A stretch of DNA of 64,000 bases from Azolla caroliniana. Lineage: Eukaryota; Plantae; Polypodiophyta. Numbering within the stretch: the first letter of the stretch is position 1; every line of letters starts with the position of its first letter. The DNA lies in contig JBHGNT010000020.1 of NCBI GenBank assembly GCA_043228905.1, positions 13,144,001-13,208,000 of the forward strand, written 5' to 3'. The notes under the pieces were generated by a model. That model had not been told where the DNA came from. It was given only the letters and a program-made list of their open reading frames with translations, and did not search any database. This document shows positions 1 through 12,600 of the stretch, one piece after another. Made by a program: the position numbers and the translations under genes.

Positions 1-54
1 AGTTGACCCACCACAAGACAGTCTCGACGTAGTCAACAAGATGATGAAATGAGG

Positions 55-330
55 GTAGTTAGGCCCCTTATTTATAGCGATACCCAAGGCCCCCAGGCAA
101 GTTTACACTTGGCCTAATGGGTTGTCTCAATCCCGAGGATTAAAAGTAATCCTTCCCTTCTTTACACTCTCGTTTAACCCTCACACTTATCCACGTGTAT
201 AGAATACTACGGTAAATTCTCACCACGGGATATTATATGGTCATGCTTGTAACACATAGGCTCTAGGTCATTAGGTAGTAGTGAATGGTTATCAAGGTAG
301 TCACCAAATGTTAATAGGAAGTTTTTTACT
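55..330 (-). mobile_element. Possible LTR fragment (partial, window edge)
   Basis: CCCCTTATTTATAG at ~64-77 reads as CTATAAATAAGGGG on the minus strand, a TATA context typical of plant LTRs. No boundaries or partner LTR seen. Confidence 0.3.
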
Positions 331-3171
331 CGGATGCCACAATTTGACATAGACTAAGAAATATATTTAGGAGTGATATTCATTTAATTCCTAAGAAAAG
401 AATTAAGTAACCCCCTACTTATATGTTATTACAAATACTTGATTTATAGCCAACCCACCAAATGTAATGAAATAAGTGGTATTGTGTTAGATGTATGACA
501 GAAAGTAGCCAAATCTTCCTACATTGATGTGATACAAGTGGAAATATCAACTTTGTTGATCATTCTCTTATTTAGGATGTGAACATGTGTTCTAGTTTAT
601 TGTTACAAAGATTACTTGGATCTAATGTTAGCTTCACAATATGTAAGGTCTTAATAACCTTGACAATTGGGATTGTTTTGGAGTTGAATTACTCTACATA
701 AGCTAATATAGTTTGTTCAAGGACACAAACAACTTGAGTTTTGTATCAATTGACAATTCACAAGCCCAAATTATTAATTATTATAAAGCATGAGCTTAAC
801 CCATTGTCAACATACAACAATAGTTTGGGGATGATTCTTCAATGTACAATTAATGGTGTTATCTTTGAGTTTGGGAGGATTTATGCCCTCTATTGATTCA
901 TGTGTCAATGCTCTACAAGGGTATATGGTAGGACATGTTCATCCTACCCTTTGAAAATGCCCTTGTATGGGGATTTTAATAAGTCACCCAATATAAGTGA
1001 TAATACAATTGACCTTTCACATACATTGTTAGAGTATTAATGTAATTGGGATATTATACCCAATCAGTTGGCTTGTGTAGACTTGTGGAAGGATTTGGGT
1101 ATAAATGTACCAAGTATTACATTCCATCCATATACTCATTTGAACTACTATGCTCAATTGGATAAATGATATATAATATGTGCTAATCAGTTGGATGATG
1201 TCATATATAAAAGGTATGTGGATGATGCTTTTCAACTATCTTGATTATGTTTCCTTATGACTATAACTATATTATATCCCTCATTTTATTGATGTCCATC
1301 TTCCTCAAAAGCAAGTATTGGTCATCGAATATAGTTATCTCAAACATGTGCTATTCGTAGATATGGTATATTCAATCAAGCTCATGTAATACACGGAGAT
1401 GCACTTTGATATTGATTTAACTTGGACAACACTCATTGGCGTATTACAAATACCATTCAAGAGTATGGTTGATTGGGTGTCTAATTCAACGTATAATTCT
1501 TTATGAAGAAAAATTAGGTTGTTAGTCATTGATATAAATATCACATAGTAGACCGATCTGTTGGAGAAGAGGATGTGTTTTGTAGGGCAAAACACACATT
1601 GTTAACTAGTTTGCAAAGAGTTTAGCAAAAGCTAGCCTTATTGGAAAATAACCACTTGGACATTACATGTCTCCTTTAAAGTAGTGCAATCAATATTGAT
1701 GGCTTGCCTACAAAACTATTCACGCCCTATTAATTGGACCATTTACTCATGTCACTGCTTTTGTCGTCACAACAACAATTTGATTGGTAGTAAAATAGTG
1801 GTAACATAACTATCCCCATGAATGCAATATCAACTTGGTTTCAAGGGCATGGGAATTCTCCCTAGGAAATCACAAGATGAGAGAATGATGGAAGGCTAGC
1901 TTTGTCACACTTTGGAAACCAAGTTTTCCAATTAAAGCAAAGGTGTTATCGTGGCGATGCTCAATGGGTATACCTTTTGCTAGATCTACTTAGTGGATAA
2001 GTTGCACCTAAAATCATCCATAGTGCTAATTGATGTGGGCATTAATCTAGTTCCTTAAGAAACTCCTAACATAATATAATTCCTAAAGGAATTTGCTATT
2101 GTAAAATCTTATTAGCTAATAATTTATCATTGTCTACATTGACCTAAATTCAGTCTTGATGTTCAATACTTGGTTTTGAAAGGGCAAAGCATGTGATTTG
2201 AAACAAAATTCCGTGGCAAGAGACAAGTTAGAGTGTACTTGCCAATCCTTTAAGAGATCCCTTTGTTGGTTCCATCTTAATCATAGTTCTTGACAATGAT
2301 GAACAATGGATTGTGTGACTATTTCTAGGAGAAACAAGCACAAGCTTGATTCATGGGTTTGCCACAAACAAGTGGTGGATCGTAGATGCAACCCTACATA
2401 TACAAATTTCAATAAAATTATTTTTCTTATGTATTGGAATCTTGTGGAATGTGACCCTTATTTTTCTTGCCAATTTTGTGGAATGTAGGCCAAGCCTATG
2501 TATTTTGAAAATCAAAATATCTTTGGTGTTCTTCTTTAGTTAGCTAATTCTTTAATTTGATAGTTCAATTGCTTGGATTAATTTGATTGTGGATAAACAC
2601 TTCTTTACCTATAACCATATGGATGCCAAATATATGCACGTATATGCTCTAATTGTGTTTTTAGGGAATGAGAAATCGGTTCTAGTATAAAATGTGGTAT
2701 ACATGTATGATGTAACCATAAACTTTAATTATTATGGATATATTGGATCAAGCTATTCAATGTGACCCTTATTCTCGTAATGACATAACTTTGAACTTCA
2801 TTTCTCTCAATTGATTCTAGATTTAAATCATTATGTAAATGGGTGTCCATCTCATTAGAAATGATGATGGTATTCTATTTTAATTATTCTTATTTTTCTT
2901 GATTTCAGTTTTAGGCTAGTAAACTATCTTGGTTCATATAACTCCTTTGTAAAAACATACAAACTTCATATATGTTGACCAAGTTATATGCCAATCTTTG
3001 GGGGATCACATTTTTATTGATTTATAACAATTACATGCTTGAGCTACAATACATAATGTGCAATTTAGGATGCATTGGCAATTTAGGATCACACAATAGG
3101 AGCCATATTCTAAGGCTACATGATACTTAAACCACAATAATTGTTATGCCATTAATTGCTTAGTATCCTAT

Positions 3172-4750
3172 TGTGAAATGCACATAAAAGGGATCCAAAC
3201 CAACGTACTTACCTTATTACTTCTTGCTCAATTTATAGTCGATACAAAGGTACCCATTTGGGTTGGCTTAGCTACATGCATGCTACAAAGGGTGTGCTAA
3301 AAGGGTGGCACAAATTAACACATGCACACCACATTTCCCCCTAGAGAGAAACAAGGAGGTTTACGACATGGGGAAAGGATGAAGATCAGAAGATGGGCCT
3401 GGGGTGGCATAGGGCTTGATGCGCACGACATGGACGGAGGTGAATCGACCGTTGAAATTGCGTCGGAGCAAGTACGTAGTCGATTTGATGGCACGAATTA
3501 TGGTGAATGAGTCGATCCATTGGTGCATGAGGGATTCACGGAGACTGCGTCGTTAGACTAGGAAGTAAACAAGGACTTTGGTACCATCAACATAAGTTGG
3601 GGTAATTCAACCTCGTAGTGCTGCTTCTGGCGCTGCTCTGCAACTTGTAGGTTTCAGGAGCTGGCTTGTCGAAGGAGGGGGAGCATCTGTTGGAGATAGA
3701 GCCCCCAAGCGGCACTATCCATGTTGGCAATTTTGCAATGGACATAAATGGACGATTTTGGTGGGAGGCGAGGGTCGCGCCCATAGAGTGCTTGAAAAAG
3801 GGTTGATCCAAGTTTACGCATGACGGATGTATTGTAGGCATGGGCGACGAAAGGTGAGATTTGATCCCAAGTTTAATGGCATGGATCGATGTAAGCGGGA
3901 ATCTCCTGCTTGAGGGTCTTGTTGAGACGTTCGGTGAGGCCATTTGTTTGAGGATGGTATGGGGACGTAAACACTTGTTGGACACCTAGTCGAGCTGCAA
4001 CGACGTTGAGGACATCCCCGGGGAACTGGAGGCCCTGATCAGATAATAGTTGGACGGGGTTAGTGATGGAAAACGAGCTATCAATTGGCGGATGGAGATC
4101 AATCGCTCCTGTGGACTGAGGGCACCTGGACTTGGCTAAGGTGGGGAACAGGGGGGCTACCGTGTAGGAGGGGGATCAAGGGAGCTAGTGGGACAAGAAG
4201 TTAGTGGGCAACAAAATCAATTATAGCATGATGCTTGAGGAACCAATTGCAACCTAAGGTGAGGGGGAAGAGTTGGTGGGGCAAGACATAAAAGTGGTGT
4301 GAGAAAGTGAGATTGCTTAAGGTAAGAGTGGTATAGATGTTGGTGTTCACAAAAAAGGACTTGGATGGAGTGTTGGATGTCAAGGGTCCTAATTGGTGAA
4401 CAAAGGTGGCGCTAATGGAAGAGATACTACTACTAGAGTCTAACAAGCTGGTGTGGGTGGAGTGACTAATGGTGGCGAGAGCGGTGCATACATGCGAAGC
4501 GGAAGAGACGAACGGTTGGACGTGGGGGGAATTGGAGGCGAAGGGAGGGAATTGGGACACCATGAGCGAGGTGGTGGTGGCTAAAATTTTATCCCACTTC
4601 TCCACCAATTACGTGCAATGCACATAAAAGGAATCCAACCTAGCTTACTTAGCTTCTTACTTTTTATAGTCGATACAAAGGTATCCATTTGGGTTGGTTT
4701 AGCTACATGCATGCTAAAAGGGTGGCACAAAGGAACACATGCACACCACA
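3172..4750 (-). mobile_element. Non-autonomous Ty3/gypsy LTR retroelement with short (~140-160 bp) LTRs; protease and integrase remnants, no RT/RNaseH
   Basis: Direct repeats 3172-3333 and 4612-4750 both start TGTGGTGTG on the minus strand. Flanking CTAT(T) at 3168-3171 and 4751-4754 is the TSD. PBS-like TGGTGGAGAA at 4607-4598; PPT TAGGGGGAAA at 3343-3334. Minus-strand translations: aspartyl protease-like SLLDSSS...LTLGCNWFLKHHAIIDF (4201-4450); integrase LSDQGLQF...SPYHPQTNGLTERLNKTLK...AYNTS...LYGRDPRLP...VHVVRIKPY (~4050-3405) with stops/frameshifts. Confidence 0.88.
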
Positions 4751-5045
4751 CTATTGAGGCCATTGATGTCTAAAACTTTTCCACCTCTATTTTGAGCCTA
4801 TTGTTGATCTCAATATCCGAAAGCTTGCTAAGAATTATGCTTCTATCATGCTAGTTTCAAACTAATGTGATGACACAAACCAGAGTTAGTCATTACAAAG
4901 AGTACGGGGGCTTGTTTAGATTGGACAAAAGTTAGATCTAATGGGAAATTGAGCCATGTACCACCAACCAACCAATAGAGAGAGAGTTTGAATTTTTTAC
5001 TTGTGGGAGAGGCATGAGGAGGAATGAGTAGCGTGTGGTGCCTTA

Positions 5046-5352
5046 TAGGAATCGACAACGGCTCGGCTCAAGCCTGAACCGAATCGTTAAACCGTTTTAA
5101 ATGATTTGGTGGTTTGGTTTAGGCTCGAGCTTCCTTAACCGGTTTGAGCTCGGTTTGAGGGGTGGCTCAAGCCGAACTGAACCGATTTGGGTGAGACCTG
5201 TTTCCAAACCGTTCAAGACTTAATCGGCTTGGCCAAACCTGTTCCAAGGCAAACCGGTTTAGGAACCAGTTCGGCTCCAAGTTTGGAAAATCCAAAATTG
5301 GTGAAGGGCTACCAAACCGGTTAAGCCAAAACCGAACCGTTGCCGATTCCTA
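5046..5352. mobile_element. hAT-type MITE (307 bp) upstream of ATG18
   Basis: 16-bp TIR TAGGAATCGACAACGG / CCGTTGCCGATTCCTA (15/16 match); 8-bp TSD GTGCCTTA / GTGCCTCG (6/8); many AACCG/CGGTT subterminal repeats. Confidence 0.85.
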
Positions 5353-5550
5353 GTGCCTCGGGTCGAGTCGAGTCTCTTTCTGCAGAAGAGAAAAGAGAAG
5401 TTTTGGTTGTGTGGAAAAGAGAGAGAAGAATTTGATACCAAGACGTCTGGTTTTTTCCTTCTTCTTTTTTTTGCGTGTGGCCCGTCTACCTGCGAAGCGG
5501 TTTGTGAAAACCGCTGGTTTTCCGAAACAGCGGTTTTCCTATTAACAGCC

Positions 5551-5805
5551 CTCTGTCTCTCTCTGTCTCTGTCTCTCTGTGTGTGTGTGTGGCGCCTCAT
5601 CCTCATCCTCATCATCGCGTATCCTCTGCGTTACGTTTTCTCTGCGTTTTCCTTCTTCTTCCTAACCCTAACCCTAACCCTAACCCTAAGACTATCCCTA
5701 TCGCTGTCCCTGAACCTGACCTAATTTTGTACCGCATCAGGATCACATCTGCGTATCTGCTCTTACGTATATTCTTCTTCTTCTTCTTCTTCGACGACGA
5801 CGACG
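5551..5805 (+). repeat. 5' leader simple repeats: (CT)n/(GT)n, (CCCTAA)x4-5 telo-box-like run, (TTC)n(GAC)n
   Basis: Read directly: CCTAACCCTAACCCTAACCCTAACCCTAA at 5661-5689; TTC run 5772-5792 followed by GAC run; GC-richer pyrimidine-rich leader typical of a plant TSS/5'UTR. Confidence 0.8.
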
Positions 5806-6689
5806 ACCCTTCGCCGCAGGTTTTTCTGTACACCCTAATACGATCGCGAGTCCGTGTGCAGAGTAAGAGACATCCTACTCCCATCCGATGTTAATTTGTT
5901 ATCTTCTTTCACACATCTACGCTACGCGATCTGAGCAGGAGAAAGCCACTAGGGTGTCTGCCGAAACCCATACTTATGAACAGGACACAAAGCTTAATAC
6001 GTATAATTCTATTTTGTTGATTGGGTTCGGAAGTTCGGAAGAAGCTGTTGGGTGAGACAGAATAGCATCTATTTTGGAAGTTCGATTTCGTTTGTTCCGA
6101 AATGACAAATTAAGGCTGCTAATCCGCTTCGTAAAGATCCTATACAGATAATAGAACATGGAAAACTACTTTCCCTAATTGAATCTGTGAAGGGCTGTTT
6201 CTGGTATTAAAACGAAAGAAACAGCCTGAGTATGCAAAAGGGTTGTCATTGTAATCCATATATAAATTTAGTGGATTTTTCCGAGCTCGAGGTATAAATT
6301 CCCTGGTTTTCATCCTGGCTCGAAACGACATTCCTTTATGCTCAACACTGACTACCTGGCTTTGGTCGCACAAAGCAACCCTGATCAATGGCCTCTTTGT
6401 TGTTGGCAAAAGAAAAACAAATGGGTTTTGATGACACAAAGTGAGTGTCACTGTACATGACAAAACAACCCCGCCTTTTCAAGAAATTCAGTTTCTGGCT
6501 CCTGTTGGAACACGAAATAAGTCTTGTTCCTGGATGACAAAGACGACCATATTTTCTGATCAACAAACAACTCTTTTTTTCTGATTGGTTAACCATCTCT
6601 GTTTTCTGGTTGAAAAATATCCCTGTTCTCCGTCCAACAAAACAACCCTGATTTCGGGTTAAGAAAATAATCTAAGTTTTGGGTTGATC

Positions 6690-9600
6690 ATGAATGATGG
6701 TGGTTTGCAAGCCTGTTCTCCTAGAGCAGGAAAAAGTGGCCGGTTCTTTCCTAGGTCTTTTAAAGCCATAATTCGAAGTGCTAGTAGCTTGGCTTCTACA
6801 GTGCGATCTGCTAGCTCTTCTGTTGTTTCCACCATTGCTTCTAATGATAAAGATCGACAATGTGAGCAGGTAATTCCCTACATATCGGAATTTATTACAT
6901 CTAGCATTTTTTCTCTAGTTCTGTATTCAGTTTTTGAGTTCATGCTAGCAAACTGGTGTGTATGGTAATCATGATAGATGATTAGAATGTGTTTAATACC
7001 AAACTAGGGTGTAGGGTTGACCTTGTAGTGTGAAACCGCTACAGCTAACAGCCTAAATATGATCAAGAGCAGTGAAAGTTACAGGCTACCCTACTATTGT
7101 CGTGGGGCAATCTATGTAAGTCCATGTTTGTGAGGTGAAAGTTAGACATTTAACTGGCAATTCCATAACTCACTGTACAACCATTCTTTTTACGTTCTGA
7201 TACATATTTATCTTTAATCAATGTGAAGAGAGCTAGTTGCAATAAGCAGGCAATCGTGAATGAAGATTGTTTGTTACATTGAGAGGTGTACCTAATTGTA
7301 AGCATTTGAAAAGCTTTAATTTGGACATTTAAACATACCTCTTAAGGTCATCTAACTTGCTCCACATTGGATTAACAATGTCTCCAAAAATAAAATGTAT
7401 AGCCCATAGACAGCATCCGTTTTACTTCATTTATATTGTTTGTATATCGAGCCAATGTGAAGCAAGTTAAATTTATGTAAAGGAACAATGCTGAGTTAAG
7501 ACTGTTTGGAACTGTATGAAACACTTTGAAATGAAGGCTTGTCTTACTTTAAAAAAGAGTCTCCATGTGATTGACGTTTTCAATCCTAATTTTTTTATCT
7601 CAGGCCATGGGATTAAGGATGCTTTCTAATTCATTCAGTTTGTCATTGACCTAGGGAAATTGAAATATTTGGCTTTTGAGCCATATATTTTTATGTAGTT
7701 TAGTGAGATATGTCAATTAAAACATTTCCTTTCAAGGCATCTGCTATAATGTGCTAGACAGTGCTAAGTCATTCAATTTATCATTTTTTTCCGCTGTACT
7801 GTTTAACTTGTTCCAGTCATTGAGAGTTTTTCGTTATGGTTACAGTTGCAATGGGCAGGATTTGATAGAATAGAATTAGGGCAAACAAACATTCGGCGTG
7901 TCCTATTGCTAACGTATCCTAATGGATTTCAAGTGTGGGATGTTGAAGATGCTGATGATGTATGGGAGCTTGTTTCCAAGAGAGATGGTCCAGTTGCTTT
8001 TTTACGGGTCCAACCACAGCCCTTTCCAGAAACATCGGATGGAAGCTTAAAGGCATCCAGACCCCTGCTACTAGTTGTGACTACAGAGGCCACACCTTGT
8101 CGGGGCAATGTTGTTCAGGGTGGACTTGCTAATGGATATGGGGCTGTTGTAGGGAGTTCCCTTACGCCGGGGGAGAATGATTTTGTTCCAACTCTGGTCA
8201 AATTCTACTCTTTAAGGAGCCATGCATATGTACATACTTTGAGATTTCGAACTGCTATATATGCTGTCCGATGCAGTTCTCGAGTTGTCGCAGTTGCACT
8301 TGTTGCTCAAGTATGTTTCCAGAAATTTTGAGTTCCATATATAGAGTTTAATCCAGGAGTTTCAGTAACAATGTGGTATTTTACATTTTTTTCTTGTAGC
8401 TATATTGTTTTGATGCAGCAACACTTCAGAGTACCTTCAGTGTGCTTACATATCCTTCCCCTCAGCCTGCACTCAATGGCCTGAATTTTGGGTATGGTGC
8501 TGTGGCTGTTGGGCCAAGGTGGTTGGCCTATGCTGCAAATCAACCTCTTGTCTCTAATACTGGACGAGTTTCTCCCCAACATCTCAATCCATCTCCTGTT
8601 GTTAGTCCATCCACTTCCCCTGCCAATGGAAGCTTTGTTACACATTATGCAAAGGAATCAAGCAAGCAAATTGCTGCTGGAATTGTGACATTGGGAGATC
8701 TTGGGTATAAAGCAATTTCAAAATATTACTCGGATGGTGTTGGATCACCAGTGCCAGGAAGTCCATTCCTTAAGGGAACTTCAAATGGCCACCCTGAACA
8801 TGCAGGGACTGTAAGTCACACAAACTACATGCAGTTTTTACTTTTTTTAGCATATCATAGAATACAGAAATCGAATGGTTGACCCACTAAACTCATTTGC
8901 TATAGGTGACTGTACGTGATTTTGTTACCAAAGTCGTGATTGCACAATTCAGAGCTCACACGAGCCCCCTTTCTGCGCTGTGCTTCGATCCCACTGGCAC
9001 TCTTTTAGTCACTGCCTCGATTCATGGGCATAACATAAATGTCTTCCGGATAATGCCAGCTACAAATATGAATGGAGCAAACACAGGCTTATATGATGCA
9101 AGCGCTTCACATGTACACCTCTACAAGCTTTCTCGTGGAATGACTAATGCGGTAAGATCCTCTACCTGAATACCTATCTGGGGGAATGTCTTAGATGATA
9201 TGGTCCTCTAGGTGAGTGTCAGTAAGGTTTCTATTTATCCAGTTTAATAAAATTGTTTAGCTGGTTTCGACAATGTTGTTTCTGATTTTTGTAATATTTA
9301 TTCATATACTTAACCGTAAGTTAACAAGAATGCTGAAAAAGGATCTTAAATTCATGTGTTTTCTGCTGCCTTAGTACAGTGTCTATTCCCTACCTAACCC
9401 AGGCTTTTGAAGTTTTTGAGTTCCATGTAGGCCTCTCACTAGCTTTATATTTTCTTCTTATTCACAGCTTAACTAGTTCTGTTCAACTTTGATTTGCATG
9501 AACTTAATGAAGAACCAAGGACGTACAGCTTGCAATGGCACATTTTTATCGTCATGCTGCTGCATGAAAATAGACACTACTGTTTCCTTGTGTAGGGAAA

Positions 9601-12600
9601 ACCTCTTATCTGGACTTGTTTTATTTTCCTTTTGTCAAAGTAGCCTACTTGTCTATTTCAATTATGCATGAAAGATTGTGAGAAAAATGTAAGCTTTTTG
9701 GCGCATTGGACATCATTAGTGCAAGATCAAATAGACTGCTTTTTCAGGATTATCAGATAGATAGCTTTATAGTGGCTTCATTGTACTGGATTCTACATTT
9801 TGAGTACATATATGAAGTCTATTGTTTCCCCTTAAAACAGCCAGTGACCTTTTTTAAAAAAAATCCTGTAGATGAAGAGGAGTTGCTGATTTCTCCAATC
9901 CGTCCAGTGTTATTTCAGATAAATCATTGGGTACTAATAGAGCTATCGAAGGTTGTCTATTGAAGAAGCCACTCGCCTCTTAAGAGCAATGAGCATATCT
10001 TCTATATAGTGAATGAAAACTAAGGTTTTGCAGAATTATAATGAATATGTATTATGCATTCAGCATATAATGATGAAGCGAGAATACAAATTATTACTGT
10101 TTCAGTAGGATGTATCTAGCTTTCAAGTGGGAGCTTCTGAATGTCGTCTACTATTGTGGTCCTCCCATTGCTAATTGCCCATTTTCTAGCTCATGAAACG
10201 TAATTAGTCATCAAGAGGCGGAAATGCATTACTGAAGTTGCAAGGAGCAAAGTTCATTATGCTATGTCAACTTATCTTGTAACTTGTCTGATAACTCAAT
10301 TCATATCCTTATTGGTATAGCACTCAAGAATGATGTGTTTCCTCTCTTCTCAGTGGAACATGGGTTTCCTAGATCAATGTGAGGAAGGACCTTTTCAATA
10401 TTTGGGAAATAATCATCTTTTTTCTGAAGAGTCCACCTACCAGAAGATATTTACTATTGTATGTTATGTTCCATATGATCTCTTCAATGAGCTGTTGCTC
10501 CATTTATTCTCCAATTGCAATGAATTCTGCCTTTGCTACATGGATTTGTTCCTGAACTTATTGAATTGAGCTGACTAGCCTTCAAAGGAAGACAATCAAC
10601 TTTGCCTCATATCTTTATGCTTATCCTTCTCCTCTGCTTTTGCTACATGGATTTGTTCTTGAATAGCCATTGAAGGAAGGCAATCAACTTTTAAGTTTAT
10701 TGCTCTCCTCTGATAGTTTGATTTATATCAAATTGAAAATGGTCTCAAGCTTTGACTCAACATTAATTTGGTTGTTGTAGTGTGAGTGAACCTAAGAAAC
10801 TCACTCATGGTGACTAAGGACGGTTAAGTTGCAAATGAGTTCATACACGTCAACATTGGTATGATGAGAGCACAGCATAAGATGTATTGTCATTTTAGTT
10901 AAAGAATGTTAAGTTGCAGAATGGTTCATGTCTATAAATGACTATGAAGATAAAACAGGCTCACTTCCACTGACCACTGATGGTGGTAAAGGCTTAGGTA
11001 ATGCTCAACAAAGAAGGGTTAATGTGCAAAGGCAAATGGATTTACTTAAATATTAAGGATGACGTGATTGAAAAATGCAGAGGAAGAGGGAGTGCATGTG
11101 GAAAAGTAAGAACTGTGACTTACACCCACCCCCTCATTATTCATGTCGACAACCAATTATCATTCAAAAGTAGGCAATGGATGTTAAAGCCGTACTCAAG
11201 CATCAGTGTTGTGTAATTGCCTGGAGGGCAATGCTGTGCATGTCCATCTGGATATAACACCAACATGGGTATCCATTGGCGGTATTGAACTCAGGACTTC
11301 AGGATTTGGAGAAACGTGCTCTTTATAACTGAGAGGATCTCAATTATACTTGAGACGATCAAAGAAGCAAGCTCTGCCTCTTGGAAGACAAACCAAACAT
11401 ATATATTTTTCTCAACAGGACCAATATATTAAAAAAGATGCTATTCAATTTAAAAGATAGGGAAATGAGTCACTCTCCAAATTTAATCTGCACACCCTCC
11501 TTCGAGAAGAAAAACAAGTATTATCGAAATAAATGATGAGAATATTCTACTTGAGTTTGCAAATATGAAACAGTTTTCAGTAAAGTTATGCATAAAATGT
11601 GTTTTGAAGAGTATTGGATAAGCAACCAACAGTGTAAAGCATTTTTTTGAAATCTTATAAATGTTATACTCATTATTTGATGTGTCGTTTAATCTGTTTT
11701 TTAAATTTATTAAGTTATATATTTGTATCTATAAAATAGAAACAGTTGTGTATGCTTTTTTTTTGGGTAGTCTATTCACCTTTCATATTATCAACACTCA
11801 AGACATTAAAAGTATTCATAAACACTATAATTATATCTTATCTTAGGAAAGTAATTATGTTTATGCAAAAATCAAATCCCTTTTTCACATCAACATGTTG
11901 TATGGTGTGTTTTGAACAGGTCATACAGGACATAGCTTTCAGTGAGGATAGTCATTGGCTTGCAGTAAGCTCATCTAGGGGTACAAATCACTTGTTTGCT
12001 ATATCACCTTTTGGGGGTACAGCAAAGCCATCCACAAATGGAACTGATCATGTATTCGGAGCAATGACACCATGGTGGTCAAATGTGGGTCTGATAAAAT
12101 CTAGTCAGCAGGCTTCTTCACTTCCACCTCCAGCTACAGTAAATTCATCTGTCATTAGTAGAATAAAGAATGGGAATAATGGTTGGCGGGGTACAATGAT
12201 GGATGCTGCTTCTACCACCTCCACAAGTGGGAGGACAACATCTTTTGGGGCAGCCGTTGCTGTCTCATTTCATGATGGGCAAGTTTACAAACTGGAAGTG
12301 GATGGTGTTCAAAATGGTTTAAAGGAACAGCTTTGGGTCCTTTCTCCTTCTGGGCACCTTATTCGGTATGGCCTTCGTTTTTTAGCTGATTCTGAAGGCT
12401 ATACCGATAGTGCTCCATCGCAAATAACAACTGTAGAGGCATTGGATGTGAGAGTGGTGGTAGAACCATTGCAGAAATGGGATGTGTGCCGTCGACCAAC
12501 CTGGGTTGAACGAGAAGAGAAAATAAATAACTCAGTCACTCATGATATTTGTCATGATGCCTCAAACTGTGGTAGCTTGGAATCCTGCTATAACAATGGT

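Noticed and set aside
330-3170. Short ORFs and AT-rich sequence that might be an old retroelement
   Set aside because: No recognisable protein motif or boundaries could be read; left unassigned.
5259-5894. Overlapping 90-120 aa ORFs
   Set aside because: Products of microsatellites and MITE sequence in the ATG18 leader; low complexity.
11270-11340. Functional tRNA gene
   Set aside because: A and B boxes are degenerate and the acceptor/anticodon stems do not pair; kept only as SINE-like.
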